Below, one piece after another: positions 10,380 to 19,831 of a DNA stretch of 64,000 nt. Each line of letters starts with the position of its first letter. Position 1 is the stretch's first letter. The translations under genes and the position numbers were made by a program. Source of the DNA: Candidatus Cloacimonadales bacterium. Its GTDB lineage: Bacteria; Cloacimonadota; Cloacimonadia; Cloacimonadales; JAFGVF01. The notes under the pieces were generated by a model. The model did no database searches. It was not told the DNA's origin and saw only the letters and a program-made list of their open reading frames with translations. The stretch covers positions 384,001 to 448,000 of the forward strand of contig OY782781.1 of NCBI GenBank assembly GCA_963678315.1, in the 5' to 3' direction.

Positions 10380-12338
10380 ATGTGTGGAATATCAGGAGTT
10401 TTTTCTTTAACTGAAGAGAGTATTAATCTTAACCAACTTATATCAATGAGCAAGTTGATTAGACATAGAGGTCCTGATGATGAGGGCTTTTATCTAGCTA
10501 ATGACAAGAAGCAATTATTCTTAGCCGGACAAGATTCTTTGGAGGAAATCAAATCACTTTACCCCATAGCAAATAGTTCATATAAAGGCTACATTGGATT
10601 AGGATTTAGGAGACTATCTATTCTTGATTTATCAGCATCAGGTCATCAACCAATGCAAGATAGCTCAACAAGATATACAATTGTTTTTAACGGAGAGATC
10701 TATAATTATCTTGAATTAAGAGAAAAGTTAATTAACAAAGGCTATAGCTTTAAAAGCAATACAGATACAGAAGTAATACTTTCCCTTTATAAAGAATATC
10801 AAGAAAAGTGCTTCCAAATGTTAAATGGGATGTGGGCAATTGCTATTTGGGACAATCAATTAAAAGAACTTACTCTTTGTAGAGATAGATGGGGCATCAA
10901 ACCTCTATGCTATCTTAAAGATGGTCAAACTATCTACTTTGCTTCTGAAGAAAAACAGTTTAAAGCTCTAGATAAGATACTTACTCCCAATTACAATATG
11001 ATTTACCGCTATCTGAAACTTGGTTCTATGGTTAGGTATGGTGAAGAAACTTTCTATCAAGAGATTAAATGTTTAAAAGCAGCTCACTATATGAAAGTAA
11101 GTAAACAAGGCATAAGTATTAAACGATACTATGAGATGGACTTTTCTAAATTCGAGACTTATCAAGATTCCTTTACTAATGCTTGTGATGAGTATCAACT
11201 CAAATTCCAACAAGCTGTAGCTTTAAGAATGAGATCTGATGTAGAAGTTGGTTCTTGTTTAAGTGGAGGACTTGACTCTTCTGCAATAGTCTGTACTGCC
11301 AGTAAATTAACAAACAATAAGCTAAAAACCTTCTCTGCTTATTACGACCTATCTTCTGCTTATGATGAAAGAAAATGGATGAAAATTGTTAATGACCACT
11401 GTCAAGCTAATAGCCATTATATAAGTCCCAAGGTAAGTGATGTACTTGAAGATTTTACAAAGATTACCTACCAGCATGATGCTCCTGTTATAGGCTCATC
11501 TCCGGTAAGTCAATATTACGTCATGAAACAAGCAAAGCAAGCAGGCGTAACTGTAGTTTTAGATGGTCAGGGTTCAGATGAAATTACAGCTGGATATAAC
11601 CACGCTTTCTATAGATACTATGCAGATATGATAAAGAATAGAGAGTTTGGATCACTTACAAGAGAGTTTCCAGAATATTTAACTAAGCAACAAAAGGGTT
11701 CAGCTCTTGCTAAGGTAGCAAAAACTATGTTTACCCTATTCAAGAAAGAATCTTCTCTTTATAATTATGAAATCAAACATAATGTTCCTGATGTATTTAA
11801 AAGCAGATATTCAAAGAATATAATTAGTGCTGTTCAAGATATCAAAAGTTCAAAATTATCTAATTTCCAGTACAACCTCCTAAACAATATATTCTTACAA
11901 TCATTACTACACTTCGAAGATAGAAATTCTATGAGCTTCTCTCTTGAGAGTAGAGTACCCTTCTTAGATGTAAATCTTGTAGAATTCGCTTATTCTCTAC
12001 CATCTAACTACAAGATAAGAGCTTCAAAAGGGAAATTGGTCCATCGTTATGGATTAAAATCAATAGTTCCGGAAGCAATATATAATAGAAAAGACAAAGT
12101 TAACTTCTCTGCACCTGGAGAATCTGTGTGGCTGAGAAAGGAGATGAAGAATAGTTTGCAAGAAGTTATTAACTCTCGATTCTTTACATCTTCAGGAGAA
12201 TTCGACACACCAAAACTTGGAGAGATTGTTCACAATTACTTGCGTGGAGACAATAGGCATGGTTCATTAGTTTGGAAATTATATGCTCTAGGAGTTTGGT
12301 ATAATCTAAACTTTGAAGGTGCTTATGGAAGAAAATAA
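10380..12338 (+). CDS. asnB: Asparagine synthase (glutamine-hydrolysing) family amidotransferase, probably glycan-modifying
   Basis: N-terminal MCGI, HRGPD, FNGEIYN, LSGGLDSS, ESRVPFLD; adjacent to a flippase. Confidence 0.9.
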   Translation: MCGISGVFSLTEESINLNQLISMSKLIRHRGPDDEGFYLANDKKQLFLAGQDSLEEIKSLYPIANSSYKGYIGLGFRRLSILDLSASGHQPMQDSSTRYTIVFNGEIYNYLELREKLINKGYSFKSNTDTEVILSLYKEYQEKCFQMLNGMWAIAIWDNQLKELTLCRDRWGIKPLCYLKDGQTIYFASEEKQFKALDKILTPNYNMIYRYLKLGSMVRYGEETFYQEIKCLKAAHYMKVSKQGISIKRYYEMDFSKFETYQDSFTNACDEYQLKFQQAVALRMRSDVEVGSCLSGGLDSSAIVCTASKLTNNKLKTFSAYYDLSSAYDERKWMKIVNDHCQANSHYISPKVSDVLEDFTKITYQHDAPVIGSSPVSQYYVMKQAKQAGVTVVLDGQGSDEITAGYNHAFYRYYADMIKNREFGSLTREFPEYLTKQQKGSALAKVAKTMFTLFKKESSLYNYEIKHNVPDVFKSRYSKNIISAVQDIKSSKLSNFQYNLLNNIFLQSLLHFEDRNSMSFSLESRVPFLDVNLVEFAYSLPSNYKIRASKGKLVHRYGLKSIVPEAIYNRKDKVNFSAPGESVWLRKEMKNSLQEVINSRFFTSSGEFDTPKLGEIVHNYLRGDNRHGSLVWKLYALGVWYNLNFEGAYGRK

Positions 12339-13827
12339 GATAAAAAATACAGCTAAACTGACAGCTATATACAGCGTTAGTAATATTGTAGTTAAGATGT
12401 CTGGACTAATATTACTTCCTTTATATACAAGCTTTATTAGTCTTGAACAATATGGTTTGTTAGCTTTATATGAGATAGTATATGAAGTATTAAACCTACT
12501 AGCTGGCTTGGGAATAGATAGTGCTTTAACTCGTTGGTATTATGATGATAAGACTGGTTACGACAAGAAAACAATTACCTTTAACGCATCACTGGTCTCA
12601 CATATAACCACTCTAGTAGTAATGCTACTTGGTTACTTCTCAATCTATGGTTTCTCAAGCAATCTATTTGGGACTAAGCAGCCGCAAACTTTAATAATTT
12701 GGTTTATGGTAAGTAATCTAACTAGAATACTGATAAGACATCCTCTAGTTCTAATGAGAACTCAACAGTATGCTGTCAGACAGACCATAATCAACATCTT
12801 GAAAACCGCCTTTGTTATCGGCTTTAGTTTTATTACCATTGCCTATTTTAAAATGGGATTAATGGGTATTTTTATTGCAGAAACTATAGCAAACATTTTA
12901 GTTCTACCTTATTTATATATGCATCTTATTAAGCATATTGACTTCAAGTATGAACCAAAACTTATTAAAGAAATGCTAGCTTTTTCTTTACCATTAGTTA
13001 CATCTTGGGTGCTAACACTGGTTCTTACTCTTTCTGATAGATATATAATTAAGTATTTTGGCACACTGGGAGATGTAGGTACTTACACACTAGCATATAA
13101 AATTTCAAACATTATTAGAGTACTAGTTGTTCATTCATTCGCTCAAGCATATATTCCAATCTTCTATAAATCAATGCATGATGAAGATAGTAAGAGTTTT
13201 TATATAAAGTCTTTTAACTATTACACCTTCATTTCTATTGTTATTGCCCTTAGTTTAACTATCTTCGGACAAGAAGCAATCAGGATAGTAGCTCAATCAT
13301 CAGATTATTGGTCGGCTTATACAATCCTACCATACTTAGTTATTGGAACTATATTCTCGGGATTCATACAGATGCTAGTTCTACCTCTGCAAAAACATAA
13401 GAAGACTAAAACTATTTCGATAATTAATTTACTTGCAGGGATACATAATATTGTATTAAATATAATTCTAGTCCCATATTTAGGAATTATTGGTGCTGCC
13501 CTTGCCACAGCCTTAACAAACTTGTTTGTTGCACTTGTTTATTACTACTTTACATACAAACTAGAAAAGATTCGCTACGAAGAAATGAAGGTTGTGTTTG
13601 CATTATTCTGGTGCATAATAATTTCGGCTATTGCTTTATATATTGCAGACCTACCACTAGGTCAAAGGCTTCCTCTTAAAATAGCACTATTTATTAGTTT
13701 CCCAATAATAATGTACTTTAGTAAATTCTATTCTAAGCAGGAACTTTCAGATATTAGACATGCTATTAAACAGCTGAAAAACTCTGGGAAATTTAAGATA
13801 TTAAATAGGAAAAAAGACAATGAATGA
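12313..13827 (+). CDS. wzx: Wzx-like oligosaccharide flippase (MOP/MATE superfamily)
   Basis: Many TM helices; LLPLYT, SDRYII, GIIGAALAT patterns. The true start may be the ATG at 12325. Confidence 0.85.
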   Translation: MKVLMEENKIKNTAKLTAIYSVSNIVVKMSGLILLPLYTSFISLEQYGLLALYEIVYEVLNLLAGLGIDSALTRWYYDDKTGYDKKTITFNASLVSHITTLVVMLLGYFSIYGFSSNLFGTKQPQTLIIWFMVSNLTRILIRHPLVLMRTQQYAVRQTIINILKTAFVIGFSFITIAYFKMGLMGIFIAETIANILVLPYLYMHLIKHIDFKYEPKLIKEMLAFSLPLVTSWVLTLVLTLSDRYIIKYFGTLGDVGTYTLAYKISNIIRVLVVHSFAQAYIPIFYKSMHDEDSKSFYIKSFNYYTFISIVIALSLTIFGQEAIRIVAQSSDYWSAYTILPYLVIGTIFSGFIQMLVLPLQKHKKTKTISIINLLAGIHNIVLNIILVPYLGIIGAALATALTNLFVALVYYYFTYKLEKIRYEEMKVVFALFWCIIISAIALYIADLPLGQRLPLKIALFISFPIIMYFSKFYSKQELSDIRHAIKQLKNSGKFKILNRKKDNE

Positions 13828-15151
13828 TATTGATATATTTAGCGTTAATGAGATTAACTTTCATCTAAAAAACATCTTAGAATCAAATGTCCCTAATCTC
13901 TATGTAGAAGGTGAAATCAGTAACTTCATTAGGCACTCTTCAGGACATATTTACTTCTCACTAAAAGATGATTCTTCCTCAATAAGATGTGTCTTCTTCA
14001 AACAAAATAATTACTCTCTAGGCTTCTTTCCTAGAAATGGGAATAAAGTAATTGTCTTTGGTAAAATCACCTTATATGTGAAGGGTGGCAACTATCAAAT
14101 CAATGTTTTGAATATGTATGACGCTGGCAAAGGTATTCTGCAAATTAAATTTGAACAACTCAAAAACAAGCTCCAAAGTCAAGGATACTTCGATGCTCAA
14201 TACAAAAAAGTACTACCTAAGTTTCCTAAAAAGATTGGCGTAATAACTTCAAAAACAGGAGCTGCCTTCCAAGATATTAAGAATGTCATTTTTAGAAGAT
14301 ATCCCGTTGAACTGATTCTATTTCCTGCTACAGTTCAAGGAGACATGGCTGTTTCTGAAGTTGTAAAGGGAATAGAATATTTCAGCAATAGCTTGGATGT
14401 AGATGTAATTATTCTAGCTCGTGGAGGAGGTTCTCAGGAAGATTTATTTGTCTTTAACTCAGAAGAAATTGCCCAAGCAATATTCGATTGTCCTATTCCA
14501 ATTATCACCGGTATTGGTCACGAGATAGATTTTACTATTGCCGATTTTGTAGCAGACCTAAGAACACCAACCCCTTCTGCTGCTGCTGAAATTGCAGTTC
14601 CTGACAGAAATGACTTGATTAACACTCTGCATAAATACCATAGAGAAATAGCTATGGAAATCGACTCTAAACTAAGCAAGCATCATCAATTGCTGACTAA
14701 TAGAGAACTTAGATTGAGTAGGATGAATATTCCTCAACAAGTAGGACAACATAGATTAGAGCTTCATGAAATAATCAAGAAATATCAAGAATTCGGTAGA
14801 TTAGGAGATTACATATCTCAGAAGTTTCAGCTTCTAAAAAACAGATTTGACAGTAGTTTCACATCAACTAAGAAGATTGCACTAGCTAAACATTCTAATC
14901 AACTAGAAAATATCCAAAAGAGACTTAATGATAATTGGCTTTCTAGGCATGATAAAGAGATCTATAATTTAACTATTCTAAAGAATAATCTTGAGAATAA
15001 ATCACCACAAAAGATACTATCTAAAGGCTATGCTTATATTACTAAAGCAGACACTATCGTAGCTAGTAGCAAAGAGCTTAAAGCCAAAGATGAGATTAAC
15101 ATTAGTTTCTCTGATGGCTCAGTCAAAGCTGTAGTTAAGAAGAGTGATTAA
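13820..15151 (+). CDS. xseA: Exodeoxyribonuclease VII large subunit
   Basis: VEGEISN, SGHIYFSLKD, ARGGGS.EDL, GIGHEIDFTIADFVADLRTPTPSAAAE. Confidence 0.96.
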   Translation: MNDIDIFSVNEINFHLKNILESNVPNLYVEGEISNFIRHSSGHIYFSLKDDSSSIRCVFFKQNNYSLGFFPRNGNKVIVFGKITLYVKGGNYQINVLNMYDAGKGILQIKFEQLKNKLQSQGYFDAQYKKVLPKFPKKIGVITSKTGAAFQDIKNVIFRRYPVELILFPATVQGDMAVSEVVKGIEYFSNSLDVDVIILARGGGSQEDLFVFNSEEIAQAIFDCPIPIITGIGHEIDFTIADFVADLRTPTPSAAAEIAVPDRNDLINTLHKYHREIAMEIDSKLSKHHQLLTNRELRLSRMNIPQQVGQHRLELHEIIKKYQEFGRLGDYISQKFQLLKNRFDSSFTSTKKIALAKHSNQLENIQKRLNDNWLSRHDKEIYNLTILKNNLENKSPQKILSKGYAYITKADTIVASSKELKAKDEINISFSDGSVKAVVKKSD

Positions 15152-17661
15152 TTACCTCTAATCAAAGCAATCTTTCCTCGTTTAGTCTGACCTTTATTAT
15201 CGCTAATTGTGTAGAAATAGATACCTGAGCTACACTTCTTGCCCTTAGCATTGTTACCATCCCATGTGAAGGATTGGTATTTATTGCGAGGAAGCTCATA
15301 AACAAGCTGACCAGAGATATCATATATTTTACATGTTTTGGTGTTGCTAGGCATGACTTCTGTAGGCTCATTAATGATTTTTAGAATATCACCTTGATCA
15401 GGTCTAAATGGATTAGGATAAGCAACAACATCATCAAAATCTTTTTGATTATTAATGATGCTTCCTGCTGTAACTGAACAAAGCCCTTCTGTTGAACCAA
15501 TATATATCTTTCCTGAAAGAGGCTCGTATTCTAAGGCAGAAATTCTATTAGAAAGAAGTGGATAGTTGTCTTGAGTGTAGTTATAGAAATTCTCTGAATC
15601 AGTATCGTATTTACATAGGCCATAGTCTTCTGAACCAATCCAAACACAACCATAACCATCGGCAGCAAGAGCTGTTGGAATTGTTTGGTTAGCACTGAAT
15701 AGCTTAGTTTCTCCAACAAAGTAACGAGTATCAATTACCCAGGAGCCTTCCCATCTGTAACGCTTAATTACATTATCATATTTATACCAGTATGTTCCGT
15801 TATACATGTATAAGCCATTAGAAGAGGCAATCCATACCTGAGTTTCGTATGGTGTCTTTACTTCAGCGAAATCATATATTTGTGACAACCTTAGTTCAGA
15901 AGATGGAATAGTTTCCCAATGAAAGACATTAGCAAAAGGAATATCCTGAGAGTTCCAGAAGTATAGTTCTGCAGCATCTCCTGCTACGGAATTTGATTTG
16001 GAGAAGAAGTAACCAAATTCACAGTTAAAAGCCTTTCTAGAGTAGTTAGAAACTGAATTAGAAAAAAGGAAAGAAGCTACTTTCTCTGAACCATCTTCAT
16101 TATAAAACTCTACACCACCAGATTGTTCTGCAATCATAATATTGCCTTTCAAATCTCTCCTAACTTGTGCTATTGTGGAAGAGTTTAATGCTTCCAGTTC
16201 TGCTTCCAAATCAGTATAATCTTCATTATCTTCATTATAACTGTAGACTGCACTTGAGTTATATAGCACCCACTCATTAGTTTGCTGATTGTAAGAAGTC
16301 AAACCTGACCTCCAATTAAAAGGATTACTACCACCAGCACTCCATGCTCCAAACCACTTCTTGTTATCAGCACCCACTGCAATTGAAGTTATATTGTCAG
16401 AGTGAATTGGAGAATTATGAATATTGAAGCTTTCCCAGCTGGAACCATCAAAAGAACTAACTCCTTTAGCGCCTTTTCTTAAAGGATTTGCACCAAAATA
16501 TCCACAACATACCCATAGCAAATTGTCATTATCAACAGCTAAATCCGATACTGCATTAAAACCTATTCCGTCTGGAGTATATGAATACCATTCTTGGTTA
16601 TTCTTAATGATTATTCCATTACCCCAAGTAGACAAAACTAGCCTATCGCCATCAAGAGAAATATCTTTGATTCCATACTCAATAGATAGAGCTGAGGAAG
16701 TATCATCATTTAAATTGTATATTGAAGTCCCTTCAGTAAGCATTTCATCTATGTTTCCAGAAGAATCAACTTTATAATATAAGCTCTGTCCAAAGTTACT
16801 TATTGTTGTTAAAGAATTATCCCAAATACCTAATGAGAAGAGAACATCACCCTGGCTTGTGACTGAAAGACTTGATATTTCGCTCTCGTATAGCTCAGCA
16901 ATATCAATTATTCTTGGAGCAATATTATTTGGGAAATCATTCATGATTGAGAGCATAGACGATGTTGCTACAGAAAGACCTTTATTATTGTAGGAGAAGT
17001 GGATTATTTCTTCTGAGAGACCTAATTCTTCTTTAGCTACATAATTCCAAGCAGAGTTAGCATCTACCGAATCAACTGCAACCCAAGAAATACCTAATTC
17101 AGTTGCTACAATAAGATTATCATCAACAATATCCATGTCTAAAATTACATCTGTAGGAAGAGCTCCATTAGTAGAAGCAAAAGTGTAATTTCTATTTAAG
17201 ATAGGAAATGCTACCTCATCTAGAGTATAATAAGAAGTAATCCCAGAAGCAGTTGCAACAAAGAATAAGTCATCTGTTGAAACAATGCTCTTTATACTAT
17301 TAGAGAGTAATCCATTATCCTCATTAAGATTATAAATACTATCATTATCAAATATTATAGAAACACCATCATTGTATGACCCCACCCATATTTGGTCACT
17401 ATGTTTGGCAACTGTCAGTATCTCATTGCTGACAAGTCCATCAATAATTGTGTATTTATCAGTCAATTCAAGAGATATGTTATCTCCATTTTCAATTATA
17501 TTGTATTTTTCTACTCCACCCCAAGAGCCAACAATAATAGAGTTATCACTTAATTCTGATTCATATACAAAACTTGTATTGGTATAAACATCCCAACGTT
17601 CTTGGGCATTAACAATTAGTGTGAAAACCATTATTACTAGTATAAATATAGACTTCTTCAT
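15148..17661 (-). CDS. PorZ-like beta-propeller protein with C-terminal YPNPFRP sorting/Ig domain
   Basis: Signal peptide MKKSIFIL (ATG 17661, RBS GGAG); repeated propeller motifs (GLLSNSIKSI, SPIHSDNITSIAV, PLLSNRISAL..IYIGSTEGL); C-terminus VVAYPNPFRP..KIYDISGQLV..WDG..SGIYF. Confidence 0.7.
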   Translation of the reverse strand: MKKSIFILVIMVFTLIVNAQERWDVYTNTSFVYESELSDNSIIVGSWGGVEKYNIIENGDNISLELTDKYTIIDGLVSNEILTVAKHSDQIWVGSYNDGVSIIFDNDSIYNLNEDNGLLSNSIKSIVSTDDLFFVATASGITSYYTLDEVAFPILNRNYTFASTNGALPTDVILDMDIVDDNLIVATELGISWVAVDSVDANSAWNYVAKEELGLSEEIIHFSYNNKGLSVATSSMLSIMNDFPNNIAPRIIDIAELYESEISSLSVTSQGDVLFSLGIWDNSLTTISNFGQSLYYKVDSSGNIDEMLTEGTSIYNLNDDTSSALSIEYGIKDISLDGDRLVLSTWGNGIIIKNNQEWYSYTPDGIGFNAVSDLAVDNDNLLWVCCGYFGANPLRKGAKGVSSFDGSSWESFNIHNSPIHSDNITSIAVGADNKKWFGAWSAGGSNPFNWRSGLTSYNQQTNEWVLYNSSAVYSYNEDNEDYTDLEAELEALNSSTIAQVRRDLKGNIMIAEQSGGVEFYNEDGSEKVASFLFSNSVSNYSRKAFNCEFGYFFSKSNSVAGDAAELYFWNSQDIPFANVFHWETIPSSELRLSQIYDFAEVKTPYETQVWIASSNGLYMYNGTYWYKYDNVIKRYRWEGSWVIDTRYFVGETKLFSANQTIPTALAADGYGCVWIGSEDYGLCKYDTDSENFYNYTQDNYPLLSNRISALEYEPLSGKIYIGSTEGLCSVTAGSIINNQKDFDDVVAYPNPFRPDQGDILKIINEPTEVMPSNTKTCKIYDISGQLVYELPRNKYQSFTWDGNNAKGKKCSSGIYFYTISDNKGQTKRGKIALIRGN

Positions 17662-17671
17662 TTCTGCTCCT

Positions 17672-18727
17672 CTATTTCTTTTCCTTAAAAATTGCATTTA
17701 ACAACAACCAACCAAATACAAAGCATAAAATAATCAATACCATTAAGGCAATTAAGAATATCTGCTTAGTTGAAAAGTAAAAACCTATTGCTAGTAAACC
17801 AAATAATGATGTAAGGAAATAGGCTACATAACAAGTGTTTTTCTGAGTCAGACCCAAGCCCATAAGCTTGTGGTGAAGATGTTGTTTATCTGCTTCAAAA
17901 ATGTTTCTTTTGTTCTTTATTCTTCTAGTCATTGCTAACAATGTATCAAGTATAGGAAACAACATTACTACACATGGAAGTGCTATTGTCATTGCAGTAA
18001 TACCCTTGAACTGAGATATACCAGTTATGGATAGTACAGCTAAGTTAAAGCCATTGAACAGACTCCCTGTATCCCCCATAAATATTCTTGCTGGATAAAA
18101 GTTATATTTTAAGAATGCTACATTACCTGCCACAAGAATTATTGCTAAATATAGAACTATAGGATTCATAGTAATTAAGCCTACAAGGCATAGTATAGTA
18201 CCGCTTATAGCAGTTATCCCAGCAGCTAAACCATCAACCCCATCAATAAGATTTATAGCATTGCTTATACCTAAAAGCCATATCATTGTTAATGGGAAAC
18301 TTAAAAATCCTAAATTAATATCGCTTCCAAATGGATTTGTAAGCAAGCTTATCCTGAATCCTGCCGTAAAGTATAGGATTGATATCAATATTTGTAATAA
18401 GAATTTATGCTTTGCCTTCAATCGATAGACATCATCTACTAGTCCGACTACCAGAACTGCCAAGTTGATAGCTGCAAGAGCTAAAAACTTAAGTTGATAT
18501 TCAGAATCCCAGTACCACAAAGCAAAAAGAAGTTGTGCTAAGCATACTACTAATCCAAAAGCTAAACCACCACTAATTGGGGTTGGCTTTGTGTGTGAAG
18601 ATCTATCATTAGGTATGTCAAGCCAGTTCTTCTTATGAGCAAGCTTAATGTTCAAAGGAACCAGTACATAAGTCACTAAGAGTACAGTTATTCCCGCTAA
18701 AAAGTATTTCCAGTAATGTATTATCAT
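17672..18727 (-). CDS. wecA: WecA/TagO-type undecaprenyl-phosphate GlcNAc-1-P transferase (MraY-like)
   Basis: GLVDD, NAINLIDGVDGLA, FMGDTGS, HLHH. Confidence 0.9.
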   Translation of the reverse strand: MIIHYWKYFLAGITVLLVTYVLVPLNIKLAHKKNWLDIPNDRSSHTKPTPISGGLAFGLVVCLAQLLFALWYWDSEYQLKFLALAAINLAVLVVGLVDDVYRLKAKHKFLLQILISILYFTAGFRISLLTNPFGSDINLGFLSFPLTMIWLLGISNAINLIDGVDGLAAGITAISGTILCLVGLITMNPIVLYLAIILVAGNVAFLKYNFYPARIFMGDTGSLFNGFNLAVLSITGISQFKGITAMTIALPCVVMLFPILDTLLAMTRRIKNKRNIFEADKQHLHHKLMGLGLTQKNTCYVAYFLTSLFGLLAIGFYFSTKQIFLIALMVLIILCFVFGWLLLNAIFKEKK

Positions 18728-18730
18728 CTC

Positions 18731-19825
18731 TTATAGTTCTCGATATAGTTTTTTATAAGACTTACTAAATCTGCTAGCTGAATATTTATTTTTTACTAAT
18801 TCCCAGCTTGCTAAGCCTTTACCTTTTAACAACTTTTCTGATTCTGTAAGTTTAAGCAAGCAATTTAATAAACTTTCATTCTGAGTTACATCTATTAACC
18901 AACCGTTTTGCTCACTTACTAGTTCTCGGTTGCCTTTTATATTGGAAGCAATGATAGGTAAACCATAAGACATAGCTTCAAGAATTGCCAAAGGAAGTCC
19001 TTCCCATAGTGAATATAGAATAAATACATCAAATTTGCTAAGCAAAAATTCCTTATCAGCTGACCAACCAGGAAGCTCTATTCTATTCTCTAATTTCGCA
19101 TCTTGAACTAACTGCTTGCATTCTGCAAGGTCCTCCCCATCTCCAACAAATATAAAGTCTATCTTAGGATTATTATTACAGCAAAGAATAGCAGTCTTAA
19201 CAGTACTTACCATATTCTTTTGTTTCCAAAATCGAGCCAGACATCCTACGGTAATACGCTCTCCTGATGCTATCTCAAGTGGTATGTCTTTTGCCATCTC
19301 GCCATTAGGTATAAAATGTATCTTGTTTTTGGGTATTTTGAGTAATTTGTTAGCTAGAACAGAGTCTTCATAATTAACTGAAATCACATGAGAGCTAAAC
19401 CTTCCTGCTATCAGTTCAGCAAAGACATAGCCCCAATAGAGTAGAGGATTCTGATACTTATGAAAAGGATATCCATGTATAGTATGTAATCGATGAGGTA
19501 TCTTAGCTAAATAGCCTACAATTCGTCCCATTATACCAGTCTTTGATGAATGAGTATGAATTATATCGTACTTGCCCTTTTTTAATATATTATATAATTG
19601 CACCGAAGCCTTATAGTCTAATACTGGATTAATTTCTCTGACCAAAGACTCTACAGCAAGGTGTTTCCATCCTCTTTTCAATACTTCATCGACTAAAGGT
19701 CCATTAGGAGCAGAGGCTACTGTTATATCATAATCATCACTATCGATAGAGTCCAATATCTGTAGCATAACATTCTGAACACCAGATAGAATTGGTACAA
19801 GAACCAAATGTATAACTTTCTTCAT
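18731..19825 (-). CDS. Glycosyltransferase family 4
   Basis: IIHTHSSKTG, HTIHG, SLWEGLPLAILEAMSYG. Confidence 0.92.
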   Translation of the reverse strand: MKKVIHLVLVPILSGVQNVMLQILDSIDSDDYDITVASAPNGPLVDEVLKRGWKHLAVESLVREINPVLDYKASVQLYNILKKGKYDIIHTHSSKTGIMGRIVGYLAKIPHRLHTIHGYPFHKYQNPLLYWGYVFAELIAGRFSSHVISVNYEDSVLANKLLKIPKNKIHFIPNGEMAKDIPLEIASGERITVGCLARFWKQKNMVSTVKTAILCCNNNPKIDFIFVGDGEDLAECKQLVQDAKLENRIELPGWSADKEFLLSKFDVFILYSLWEGLPLAILEAMSYGLPIIASNIKGNRELVSEQNGWLIDVTQNESLLNCLLKLTESEKLLKGKGLASWELVKNKYSASRFSKSYKKLYREL

Positions 19826-19831
19826 ATTAGC